64,000 nucleotides of DNA from Octopus sinensis. Lineage: Eukaryota. How positions within the stretch are numbered: the first letter of the stretch is position 1; the number at the start of each line of letters is the position of its first letter. The stretch is from NCBI RefSeq assembly GCF_006345805.1, contig NC_043000.1:140616001-140680000 (forward strand), given 5' to 3'. Both the position numbers and the translations under genes were made by a program. The notes under the pieces are model-generated. The model worked only from the letters and a program-made list of their open reading frames with translations, made no database searches and was not told where the DNA came from. Below, in pieces: positions 37,961 through 48,365 of this stretch.

Positions 37961-38373
37961 ATTTTAGTAATGATAATGATAATGAAAAATATTGTCAATA
38001 TAATTCCAAAATCATTTTAATCTGTAAACATTGTCAAAAGTACTTTTAAATGAACTGCAAACAATACCTCCACCTTTGCCTACATGAAGGTAAAAAAAGA
38101 TGATCGTAGTAGTAGTAGTAGTATTGGTAGTAGTGGTGGTGGTGGTAGGGGTAGTAGTAATAGTAGTAGTAGTAAGTCAGCTACAGACACTCTCTTGTGG
38201 TGTCACGACATTTCCTGCTGAATTATAGTGCATCATACAATTAAAAAATAAAATTAATTGCTGACAGGACACAGATTAGAAATGATATCAAAACAAATTG
38301 TTTTCAGAGCTAAAATAGATTATTACAACTTACTTTATAGAAATTGTACAATTTTTGCAATACAGAATATTTA

Positions 38374-38590
38374 CAAGGAGGTGCCGAAAAGAAGCTGGCT
38401 TTAAGGGTATTGTGAAAAGCCTGGGTGGAGGCCCAAACTTCCAAGTTCTTTTACAGAGCTTAGAAAAACTGAAGGACTGCTGTGATAAGTGTGTGAATTT
38501 GAAAGGGAAACATGTTGAATTAAATCATAATTAGCTGATCCTCTTGTATTTTCTTTTACCCAAAGCCAGGAACTTTTCAGCACACCCCTG
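38374..38590. mobile_element. Mariner-derived MITE (217 bp) with TA target duplication
   Basis: TA|CAAGGAGGTGCCGAAAAGAAGCTGGCTTT ... AAAGCCAGGAACTTTTCAGCACACCCCTG|TA imperfect ~29-bp TIRs. Confidence 0.8.
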
Positions 38591-39059
38591 TACACCAAAA
38601 AAAGAAACCCATCTGGTGTTATGACTTACTTTTCCCTTTATTCCTCTTTTTCTCAACTGCTTCTTCCTTCTGTTTTATTCTCTTCCCACTTCTTTCTCCT
38701 CATCTCCCCCAAAGATCTAAAATTTGTCCAGTTAATTGTTTTATGTGTGAAGTTTTTTTTTTATTACTCTTCCCAACTGATTCAAGTCTCTCCTCTCTCT
38801 TTGTTTCCTTGTCACCTGCTCCCTGTCATTTCCTTAATGTGTAGAGGAACATTTACTCCTGTTTTTTCGATATTTTTCACACCATTTGTCAACAAATAAG
38901 TCCTGAATATCACTGAAAATGTTGCACAGAGACCACATGTAGTCTAAAATCTTGAGCAAGTGGATTTAGCTTCACTACTATTGCTTTTGGAGATGATATT
39001 ACTGTTGTTATTCTTCTTGTTGCTGCTGCTGTTGCTGTTGAGAGAAGCAGTCTTCGTCC

Positions 39060-39366
39060 CATTATTGGAAGAAGTCCGAAACGTGGTCCTTTACTACTCA
39101 TAAGACCCGCAGAAGAGAAAGCAGGTCAACCCCCGACACTGAGAGCATCGACGGATGGATGAATGTGCATGCAGGCTCAGCTGTTGCATAGGAAGTTGGA
39201 GACAAGAAACAGGAAGAAAGAGTGAGAGAAAGTTGGAGAGAAAGAGCCTCATGGAGCTTTAGGTGTTTACACTCAATAAACACACATAATGCCCGGTCTG
39301 GGAATCGAAACCGCGATCCTCCAACCGCGAGTCTGCAGCCTTAACCACTGGGCCATTGTGCCTCTA
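39060..39366 (-). mobile_element. Family D variant with a different 3' half
   Basis: Shares the D head and body up to ~39205, then unrelated sequence. Confidence 0.8.
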
Positions 39367-40227
39367 CTTGCTGCTGCTGCTGCTTCCACTGCAGCATAGA
39401 GGCTCTCTTCATTCATTTGGCTCTTCCTTTCAGAATAGATGCATGCAAGTTTATAATCATTTCTTTTTGTCAGGTTTCCCAATTGCCAGAAGTAAAGACA
39501 ATAATGCATATATGTGTGGGATGTCCCTAAAAAATGTATATTTACACATTGAATGATTATAAAAGCAGTGTTTATTAAAACACAATCATTTTCAAAATTT
39601 AATAGAATTTACAGACAGAATTAAAATTTTTCATGATTGCCTGTTTTCAAACTGATGACTGTTTTGGCCCAGACACTGCTAGTAATGCAAAGCAATGGAA
39701 TCGCAAGCATCGAGAAACATTTTATTCTGTATTTGTACACATTTTCTTCTTTATTACTACTCCCAGTTCATTGACAGTTGCTGATTTAGTAAATTTTATC
39801 TTTCAAGTATCCCCATAGAATTATTTAGAGTGGTGTAGGATCCAGTGATCACAGAGGGTATACCATTGAACCTCTTCTTCCAGTTCACCTATTTCACAAA
39901 ATCTCATATTACCATATGCATTATCATTACTTAACTTTACCCTTGGTGACATCCTGAACCAGCTGAGTCATCACTATTCAGTTAAACTCTGGCTGAAGTA
40001 TTTTAAAGTTTGACCAGAAGCATCACTAGCCTCATAGAATATTATTCTACTTATTTCTGCCAAAAGAGAAAATATAGTTTGGAATCATCTTCTTCTCCAG
40101 TGGCTCCCAAACGGTACAGCAGAAGAGAATAGTAGGTGAGGTAGAATGATTGAAAGACAATCAGAGATTTAGAAACGGTTTCAAAAAATTCATATGCCAA
40201 ATATAAATATGATATCAAAATTTAAGA

Positions 40228-40388
40228 TAGGAGTGGCTGTGTGGTAAGTAGCTTGTTTACCAAACACATGGTTCCGGTTTCAGTCCCACTGCATGGCACC
40301 TTGGGCAAGTGTCTTCTACTATAGCCTCGGGATGACCAAAGCCTTGTGAGTGGATTTGGTAGACGGAAACTGAAAGAAGCCCATCGTA

Positions 40389-40426
<38 letters not shown>

Positions 40427-40648
40427 TGGGTGTGTTTGTGTGTCTGTGTTTGTCCCCCTAGCATTGCTTGACAACCAATGCTAGTGTGTTTATGTCCCTG
40501 TTACTTAGTGGTTCAGCAAAAGAGACCGATAGAATAAGTACTGGGCTTACAAAAGAATAAGTCCCGGGGTCGAGTTGCTTGATTAAAAAAGGCGGTGCTC
40601 CGGCATGGCCGCAGTCAAATGACTGAAACAAGTAAAAGAGTAAAAGAG
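40228..40648 (+). mobile_element. Family A SINE inserted in the hAT 5' region
   Basis: Full length. Confidence 0.9.
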
Positions 40649-41099
40649 ATTACTTGTAATTGCATGTATGAGTCCTCGTATAAATAGTTACAAATATTCA
40701 TTAACCAATTTTATCATTGTGATATTTTTGCATTATATCAAGCATTAAGAATATAGTACCTAGGAGAAGAGAGTTACCAATATAGTAAATTGAAGGAGAG
40801 TGTTATCAATGATATTAATGATAATGTTCTGACATTAAATCTGCAGTTATTTCCCTTCAACTTTCTCTCTCTCTCTCTCTCTCTCTGGATTTTCTTTGCC
40901 ATAGAGCTGCTTGCACCTTTTCCCTAGGACTTCCCTTCCCCTGAGCCAGTGCCTTCATTTCTGGCATTACAGCTGTTGGGAAAAATGGTTAAACATAAGG
41001 TTATATTCTATTCCTTTCAGATCACGGATAGATATAACAAAAAAAAAACCCCAAAAACCAAAAAAAAAACAGAGCGAAAGCATCAAGTGATAATAAGGA

Positions 41100-42897
41100 T
41101 GAACAGATTCCATTTAGCAATCCAGAATTGTTGGATAAAAATGGTATTGAAGAAGACTTACCAAATAATTCTACAACAGAAGCAGGCCCAAGCAAGCCTC
41201 TAAAACTAAAACTTTGGTGACAGTATATGGATATCTATTTGAGTCTCAGTTTCTTATTGACTGGTGATAAAAATGCACCGCAACCTATGTTTGGTGGAGT
41301 GCTTTTCAATTACAATATGATTCAAAGAAAGATAAGACTTGAAAATTTGGCAGGCAAGGATGTTCAGTACTTTGAAAGGCTTCTGGAACAGCAGAAACAC
41401 CAGCGATCATATTTTGGAAAACGAGTGACAATTTCAGACAAATGCAAACTGTATCATACAAAGTAGTAGAATTGATTGCTCAACACACAAAACCTTATTT
41501 AATAACTGAAAAATTAATCTAGTCTGCTAGCTGCTTGATCATGAAAACTTTGTTTGGTAATGATGCTGAGCAAGAAGTTATGAAAATTCCTATGTTTGAT
41601 AATACCGTTCACAGGATAGCTGATATGTCTGCTAATATTGAGAACTGTGTTTCTGAAAGGATTTAGAATTCTAGATTTGCCATTCAAGTTGATGAAACTA
41701 TCGACATTAGTGGAAGGCACAGTTGCTTGCTTATATCAGATTCATTCACAATACTGAAATAATAATACAGTTATTATTTTGCAAGTAACTTGAAGAACAT
41801 AATTGGGGATAAGATATTTTTCAAGCCCTGTCTGTGTATTTTGAAAAGGTTGATATTTCATTGATTTCTTCTACTGGAATTTGCGTGGTTGGAGTCCCAA
41901 ATAAGATAGGGAACATGAGAGGCTTGGTGGTAATCATCAGAAAGATAAATCCAGATGTAATATCAACTCACTGTTTTATACACAGGGAGGCATTAGTCTC
42001 CAAGACCCTTGTGAATGATTTGAAATTGGTTTTGGATCAAACTGTGTGCATTGTAAACTTCATCGAAGGAAAATCACTGAAGGTGAGATTATTTGCTCAA
42101 CTATGCAAAGATGTGGAATCAGAACACCATTGCCTACTTCTGCACATGGATTTTTGCTGGCTGTAAGGGGGAAAAGTTTTAAATTGGGTGTTCAAACTGA
42201 AGAATGAATTAAAAGCATTTTTAAAACAAGAAGGGTACCCATTGTTTCACTGGTTGCATGAGAATGACTCATGTGCAAAACTGGTATATTTGGCCAATAT
42301 CTTTTCCAGATTAAATATGCTCAATGCCAATATGCAAGGCCTTGATAAGAATATCCTTATGACTGCAGATAAACTGACTGCATTTAAAAAACCTTCAGCT
42401 CTGACAAAGACAAGTGATGCAACATAACCTAAAAATGTTCCCATCGGTAAAAAGTTTTTAAATGAATAAAAAGTTGTATGCCCTTATACAGGAACATCTT
42501 GCATCACTTTTAGAAGAAATTTATGATTACTTTTCATTGTTGTCTACAGAGAAATTCAGATGGGTTAGAGAGCCTTCTGCAAATTCAAGCTGTTTAGATC
42601 TGACATTAGATGAGGGGGGGGGAAGAATTGGCAAACATTTCAAGTGATCACCCCTTAAAAATGAAACACAAGAGTGTACTACCGGACCCTTTTTGGATAC
42701 ACAACCAGAAACACTATCTATGTATCTCTTCAAAAACATTATCCATTCTTCTACAGTTCTCCATGACATATTGCTGTGAATAAGGATTTTCAGTTCTGAC
42801 AAATATCAAAAACCAAAAAAAGGAAAGGCTTGTTTGTGTTGATGAGGCCTAATATAAAGGAGATTACTCATCCAAAACAAGCTCATACCATTCATTA
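41100..42897 (+). pseudogene. hAT transposase pseudogene (ZBED5/SCAND3/Buster-like family)
   Basis: YLSLSFLLTGDKNAPQP; NTVHRIADMS; FAIQVDETIDIS; THCFIHREALVSK (CxxH); AKLVYLANIFSRLNMLN; TYCCE*GFS; many stops and frameshifts. Confidence 0.9.
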
Positions 42898-43126
42898 AAT
42901 TTGTATACTTTAGTCATATTTGTTATATATTATGTTTGATGCACAGTTAGTTGTTTTTTTTTATTTTTAGATGTACATATTATCACATAAAATTTGGTGA
43001 GGTGGAAGCAAATTTTCCTTCCAAAAATGTGACACAGAGCAAAATAGTTTGGGAACAATTTTTCTAGCCCACGTTGCATTGATAACTCTTCATAAGTTTA
43101 TTACAACTTTGAAACCTATTACCTAT

Positions 43127-43356
43127 TTCTTTATTACCCACAAGGGGCTAAACATAGAGGGGACAAACAAGGACAGACATAGGTATTATGTCGATTACAT
43201 CGACCCCAGTGCATAACTGGTACTTAATTTATCGACCCCGAAAGGATGAAAGGCAAAGTCGACCTCGGCGGAATTTGAACTCACAACGTAACAGCAGACG
43301 AAGTACCGCAAAGCATTTCGCCCGGTGTGCTAACGCTTCTGCTTGCTCGCCGCCTT
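43127..43356 (-). mobile_element. Family B SINE
   Basis: Full length, low divergence. Confidence 0.9.
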
Positions 43357-44092
43357 TGAAACCTATTACCTCTTTACATTTAATAGCATTATTGCATATA
43401 TTGTCCAACAAAAAACAGAAGCAGAAATTGATCAGTTGATCAGGATATAACTTATCAAGTGGACTTAAAGAAGATTTATGAAACAGACATAAGAGTGTAT
43501 GAAATGGTGTAGGAGTGCAAACACGATTTTGATGATAATATTGATTGAAAAACACTAAGTGCTAGATACTCAGAGGAAAGGAAACATAATTGATGATTTT
43601 AATTTATTTAAAATCCTTGTTTCAATAGGTCTTTTCTATCAGTTTTCTTTCAGTTGCTTATATTTTCATGTCATTACCTTTATTCATTGTTGCAATATGA
43701 CACATTCTAACTCGCATGCAAATTATACATTTTAGAGAAGTATCTTCTAAAAAAAAATACAGTACTCTCCCCAGTTTATGAAGTATGGTAAGGGCAGTGA
43801 TTATGGAAAGAACTGCACCTACCCTACTCCTGTCGTCACCTCATAGAACTGTACAAATGTATAACTTAGAAACAAATATTCATTAGACAGAAAGAAAGGT
43901 CAAACTTGTGTAAAGTTTGAACTGTAATTGCTTTGAAGAAGACATTGTGAGAAAAATGAGGGAAATTTGATACAATATAATAAAATATATCTTTAACTTT
44001 TTCTATTAAAATGGTCTTTTTTTCTGACTATAAATCTGTTATAAAGTTAAACTGCCAATAGATACTATTATTTTATTTTTGTGTATATATGG

Positions 44093-44311
44093 TCAGGTGT
44101 TAACATGTGTGTGTGTGTACATATACATATGCTCACATATATGTGTATATACATATATATATATATATCCATACATACATTTATATATATTTATACATAT
44201 ATATATGCGCGTGTGTGTATGTGTGTGTGAGCATGTATGATACATATATGTGTGTGTGTATATACATTCATATATATATATAGATACACATGCATATATA
44301 TATATACATGC

Positions 44312-44346
<35 letters not shown>

Positions 44347-44354
44347 TATACACA

Positions 44355-44397
<43 letters not shown>

Positions 44398-44420
44398 GCA
44401 TATATATATGTATGTATATA
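44093..44420. repeat. Long compound (TA)n/(TG)n/(CATG)-punctuated microsatellite
   Basis: Directly visible. Confidence 0.95.
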
Positions 44421-45151
44421 TTGAACGAGAGAGAGATAATGAAACATGAATAGAGGCATTGATACCTGGTTCGTTAGATATATGTTTAGATACACAAAGA
44501 CATACCTACCTGCACATACACTTCATATCTATGTACATATCTATGTGGGCATGTATATGGTACAGTGTTTTGAAACTATATACTCACCTTAATTATGGAG
44601 TGTAAGCAAAGTTCTTACAATTTACCTTTAGTGATGCACAATGCTATACTTAAATGTTCTATTCTAAACCAACTAAACATAGGTTCCAAAAACAAAAAAA
44701 AAAAAAAAAATTAGCTGCAAAATTGAGACAAATGTGCTGAAATTTAGTCTTGTATAATTTTATCAGACAGGGGAAATGGAAAAAAAAAAAAAATGAAAAA
44801 AAAAACAACGAACACTGAAGTCTTGATTATATGAAGTAATTTTTCTTGTTCACATAAAAAAAAAATAGAAAATAAAACAAAATAATGAAAAATCAAAACA
44901 AATTTTTCTGATTGAAACAAATTCATGAAAGATTATAATTCTAAAGCTAAAGGTTACAGATGTTGCTCAAAATGATAAAAAAATATGTTCAAGAAATGAG
45001 AAAAATTACTTCAAAATAATATTCTCATTACATTTTAGCTTACAAAATAGTTTCTGAATGTTATATGTATTAGAGTATATTAGGGGAACACAAAATACCA
45101 GTAAGTTATTAGTTATTACAGTGAATATATTTTGCTGTCGTTAATATAGAG

Positions 45152-45312
45152 GCACAGAAGTGGCTGTGTGGTAAGAAGCTTGCTTCTCAACCACATGGTT
45201 CCAGGTTCAGTCACACTGCGTGTCACCTTGGGCAAGTGTCTTCTACTACAGGCTCAGGCTGACCAAAGCCTTGTGAGTGGATTTGGTAGACAGAAACTGA
45301 AAGAAGCCTGTT
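45152..45312 (+). mobile_element. Family A SINE 5' half
   Basis: Head up to the internal TA tract. Confidence 0.85.
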
Positions 45313-45456
45313 TTATATATATATATATATATATGCTGAACTGCTAAGTTCATATATATATATTAGCTGAACTGCTAAGTTACAGAGATGTAAACACACC
45401 AATATCGGTTGTCAAGCAATGTTGGGAGGACAAACACAGACACACAAATACTTACT

Positions 45457-45486
<30 letters not shown>

Positions 45487-45488
<2 letters not shown>

Positions 45489-45724
45489 ATAATAAATATT
45501 AGGGAATAAATCCAAATTTACAGGGAAAAATCAGATTTAGGATTGAATCCAATTTCATAGTAAAATATTATATTATATTAAATTAGAGACAAAACCACTA
45601 TTATGCAAATCAAACAAAGAAAGACTTAAGCCAATACATAAAATAATTTATATAATTAAATTTAATTAAAATAACCACTACGATCATTTCGTGTCAGCAC
45701 TTCTATGAGACATTCTTCACCTGG
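45487..45724 (-). mobile_element. AT-rich hammerhead-bearing segment, same family as 8315-8560, core altered
   Basis: CCAG-GTGAAGA-ATGTC-loop-GACAC-GAAA-TGATCG-TA-GTGG at 45675-45724. Confidence 0.8.
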
Positions 45725-45738
45725 CGAAGTCTTTCAAT

Positions 45739-47583
45739 TCAGGATTTGGGCACCAAGGCCCATTCGAGCAGAGAGTTATTGTTTGCGGAGACATATCCGG
45801 GTGTGGATGGTTTGTCCGGGACTGTTTGAAGGAATTTGTCCAAAGACTTCTTGAATTTTGTGTGGTCAGTTTCTTTTTTGATGTGTCCTGGTGTAATGTT
45901 GAAGAGAGCGGGTCCAATTGAGGTGAAATAGTTGTGCCGTATTGTCGTTATGTGATGCGATTTAGATTTTTGTTGTGGACAGATGGCACGTGGTCCAAGC
46001 CTTGGATGTATTTTGAAGGTGATGCCAACATCATTCGGACAGTGCTGATGGAATATTTTCCACATCATACAGATAATGTAGCGTTCATGGCGTCGTTGGA
46101 CTGAATACAGTTTCAGCTTCTCTAGTCTACCCCAGTAGTCAAGGTCTGACATGCCATCTATCTTTTTTGTGATTGACCTTTGGGGAGCTTCAATTCTCAT
46201 AATATTTTGTTTTGTGTAGGGAGACCACAGTGGACAGCAGTATTCAAGGTGGGGTCGGGCAAAAGTGGAGAGAAGAATAATAGTGTGGGAATCTCTCGAC
46301 TGGAAGGTTCTGAGAATCCAGGAACACATTCTGCGGGCCATGTCAACTTTGCTGCTTATATGTGTAGCCCAGCTTATGTTGTTGTCCACTGTTACTCCCA
46401 AGTCTCTGATGTTGTTGGACGCCATGAGAATTTCTCCAGAAGGAAGGGAGTATGGGAGTTTCAGAGCGTCCTCCCTTCCAAAGTGGATCAGTTCGAATTT
46501 GTCTTCGTTTAGCAGCATGTTATTCTTTTCCGCCCATTGGACAACAGCCAGTAGGTCTGACTGAAGGCTTATTCGGTCATCCACGCCATTGATGACCTTC
46601 TGGAGCTTGGAATCATCAGCGAAGGTTCTGATGTTACTGTGTTTGATGGTGTCAGTAATATCATTTATGTAGATGATGAAGAGGAGTGGGCCCAACACAG
46701 TGCCTTGTGGGACACCACTGCTGACTTTGGATGGGCTGGATTTGACTCCTTCGACTACAATATGTTGGGTTCTGTTAGACAGGAAGCACTTGATCCACTG
46801 CAGCAGCTTTCCAGTGACACCAATATTGGACAGCTTTCTCAGAAGGATCTTATGATCAACCCTGTCAAAGGCCTTGCTGAAATCAAGGTAGATGACATCA
46901 GTGTTGGAACCCTCTCACAAGGCTCTCAAAATGTCATCAAAATGATGCAGTAGCTGCGTCAGGCAATCTCTCCCATTACAGAATCCATGCTGGTTGGAGT
47001 TCAGCATATTATGACTCTCAAGGAAGTGAGTCATACGCGATCTCAGCACTCTCTCAAATACCGTAATGATATGAGAGGTGAGTGAGATTGGACGGTAATT
47101 CACGGCAAGCAATTTGTTTCCTTTTTGGAAAACTGGGACAACAGTCTGGGATAGAAGGTCTTCTGGTATATATCCAGCATCCAGTGAGTTCCGCCACAGA
47201 TTGGCTAGAGGGGGTGCAAGTTGGTTTTGACACATCTTCAGGACATAAGCAGGGAACCTATCGGGACCTACTGCTGAATTATGCTTCATTTCCTTTATTG
47301 CTGCTAAGACATCAGGAGCGCCAAAGGTTATGTCCGATAAAGTGTATTGGGGAGTAACATCACTGATACAGCCCAGATCAGTCATATCAGGATTGCTGAA
47401 AACAGAGCAATATTGTTTCTGCAATATCTCTCCCAAGGTTTTGGCATTGTCTTGAAGAGTACCATTTTCATCAATCAGAGGGCCAACAGTAGAACCAGTG
47501 ACTCTGTGTTTTTTTGCAAATGAAAAGAACACTTTGGGATTGAGTTTGATCTTCTCAATGGCCCAGGCCTCTTCAGCTCTTCG
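45739..47583 (-). pseudogene. 5'-truncated CR1-group LINE ORF2 (reverse transcriptase), one premature stop
   Basis: NYRPISLTS; YLDFSKAFDRVDH; GVPQGTVLGPLLFIIYINDI; FADDSKL; RPHLEYCCPLWSP; both track ORFs are in one frame, joined across TGA at 46915-46917. Confidence 0.95.
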
Positions 47584-47960
47584 CTGACAGGCTTCTTTCA
47601 GTTTCCATCTACCAAATCCACTCACAAGGCTTTGATCGACCTATACTATAGTAGAAGACACTTTCCCAAGGTGCCACGCAGTGGGACTGAACCCAGAACC
47701 ATGTGGTTGGGAAGCAAGCTACTTACCACACTGCCACTCCTGTGCCTTTAAATATTCCCATGCTGGGAATCGAACCCATGCCACTTCACTATGGAAGTGA
47801 CAAAGTACTAGGAGTTGTGGTGATTTGCTACACTTGAGAAGATGCACTAAGTTAAGTAAACTCACGGTTGTCCATACATACAAGCATGCACTTTACAGGT
47901 GCTTGTGTCTCATAAAATGCACTTGCACTGGTACTGCATCAATGCACCCATGGTGGTTGC

Positions 47961-48193
47961 AGGGCAGCGAACTGGCAGAAACGTTAGCATGCCGGGTGAA
48001 ATGCTTAGCAGTAATTCGTCTGCCGCTACGTTCTGAGTTCAAATTCCGCTGAGGTCGACTTCGCCTTTCATCCTTTTGGGGTTGATTAAATAAGTACCAG
48101 TTACGCACTGGGGTTGATATAATCGACTTAATCCATTTGTCTGTCCTTGTTTGTCCCTTCTGTGTTTAGACCCTTGTGGATAGTAAAGAAATA
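47961..48193 (+). mobile_element. Family B SINE
   Basis: Full length. Confidence 0.9.
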
Positions 48194-48199
48194 GGTAGT

Positions 48200-48365
48200 T
48201 GCATGTAGAAAGCCCCCAGCACCCTCTGTAAAGTGGTTGGCATTAGGAAGGGCATCCAACTGTAGAAACAATGCCACAACAGACAATGGAGCCTGGACAG
48301 CTCCTGTCAAATCATCCAACTCATGCTAGCTTGGCAAACGGACACTAAACAATGATGATGATGAT
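48200..48365 (+). mobile_element. Family C fragment
   Basis: AGTGGTTGGCATTAGGAAGGGCATCC and (GAT)n tail. Confidence 0.8.

Larger units (their letters stand above)
40098..43061 (+). mobile_element. hAT (Charlie/Buster-type) DNA transposon, decayed, probably full length
   Basis: CAGTGGCTCCCAAAC / GTTTGGGAACAATTT imperfect TIRs; right flank TTCTAGCC fits the NTCTAGAN target; transposase relic inside. Confidence 0.7.
45366..47746 (-). mobile_element. Family A SINE split by a ~2.1-kb insertion (halves 47584-47746 and 45366-45486)
   Basis: Head ends at ...GAAAGAAGCCTGTC; the body resumes after the TA tract. Confidence 0.85.

Noticed and set aside
39633-39818. 61-aa ORF with protein-like composition
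   Set aside because: No convincing splice sites or recognisable family
44093-44495. YI/HT/CV-rich ORFs (also 28822-29154, 53838-54194, 54778-55079)
   Set aside because: Dinucleotide microsatellites lack stop codons
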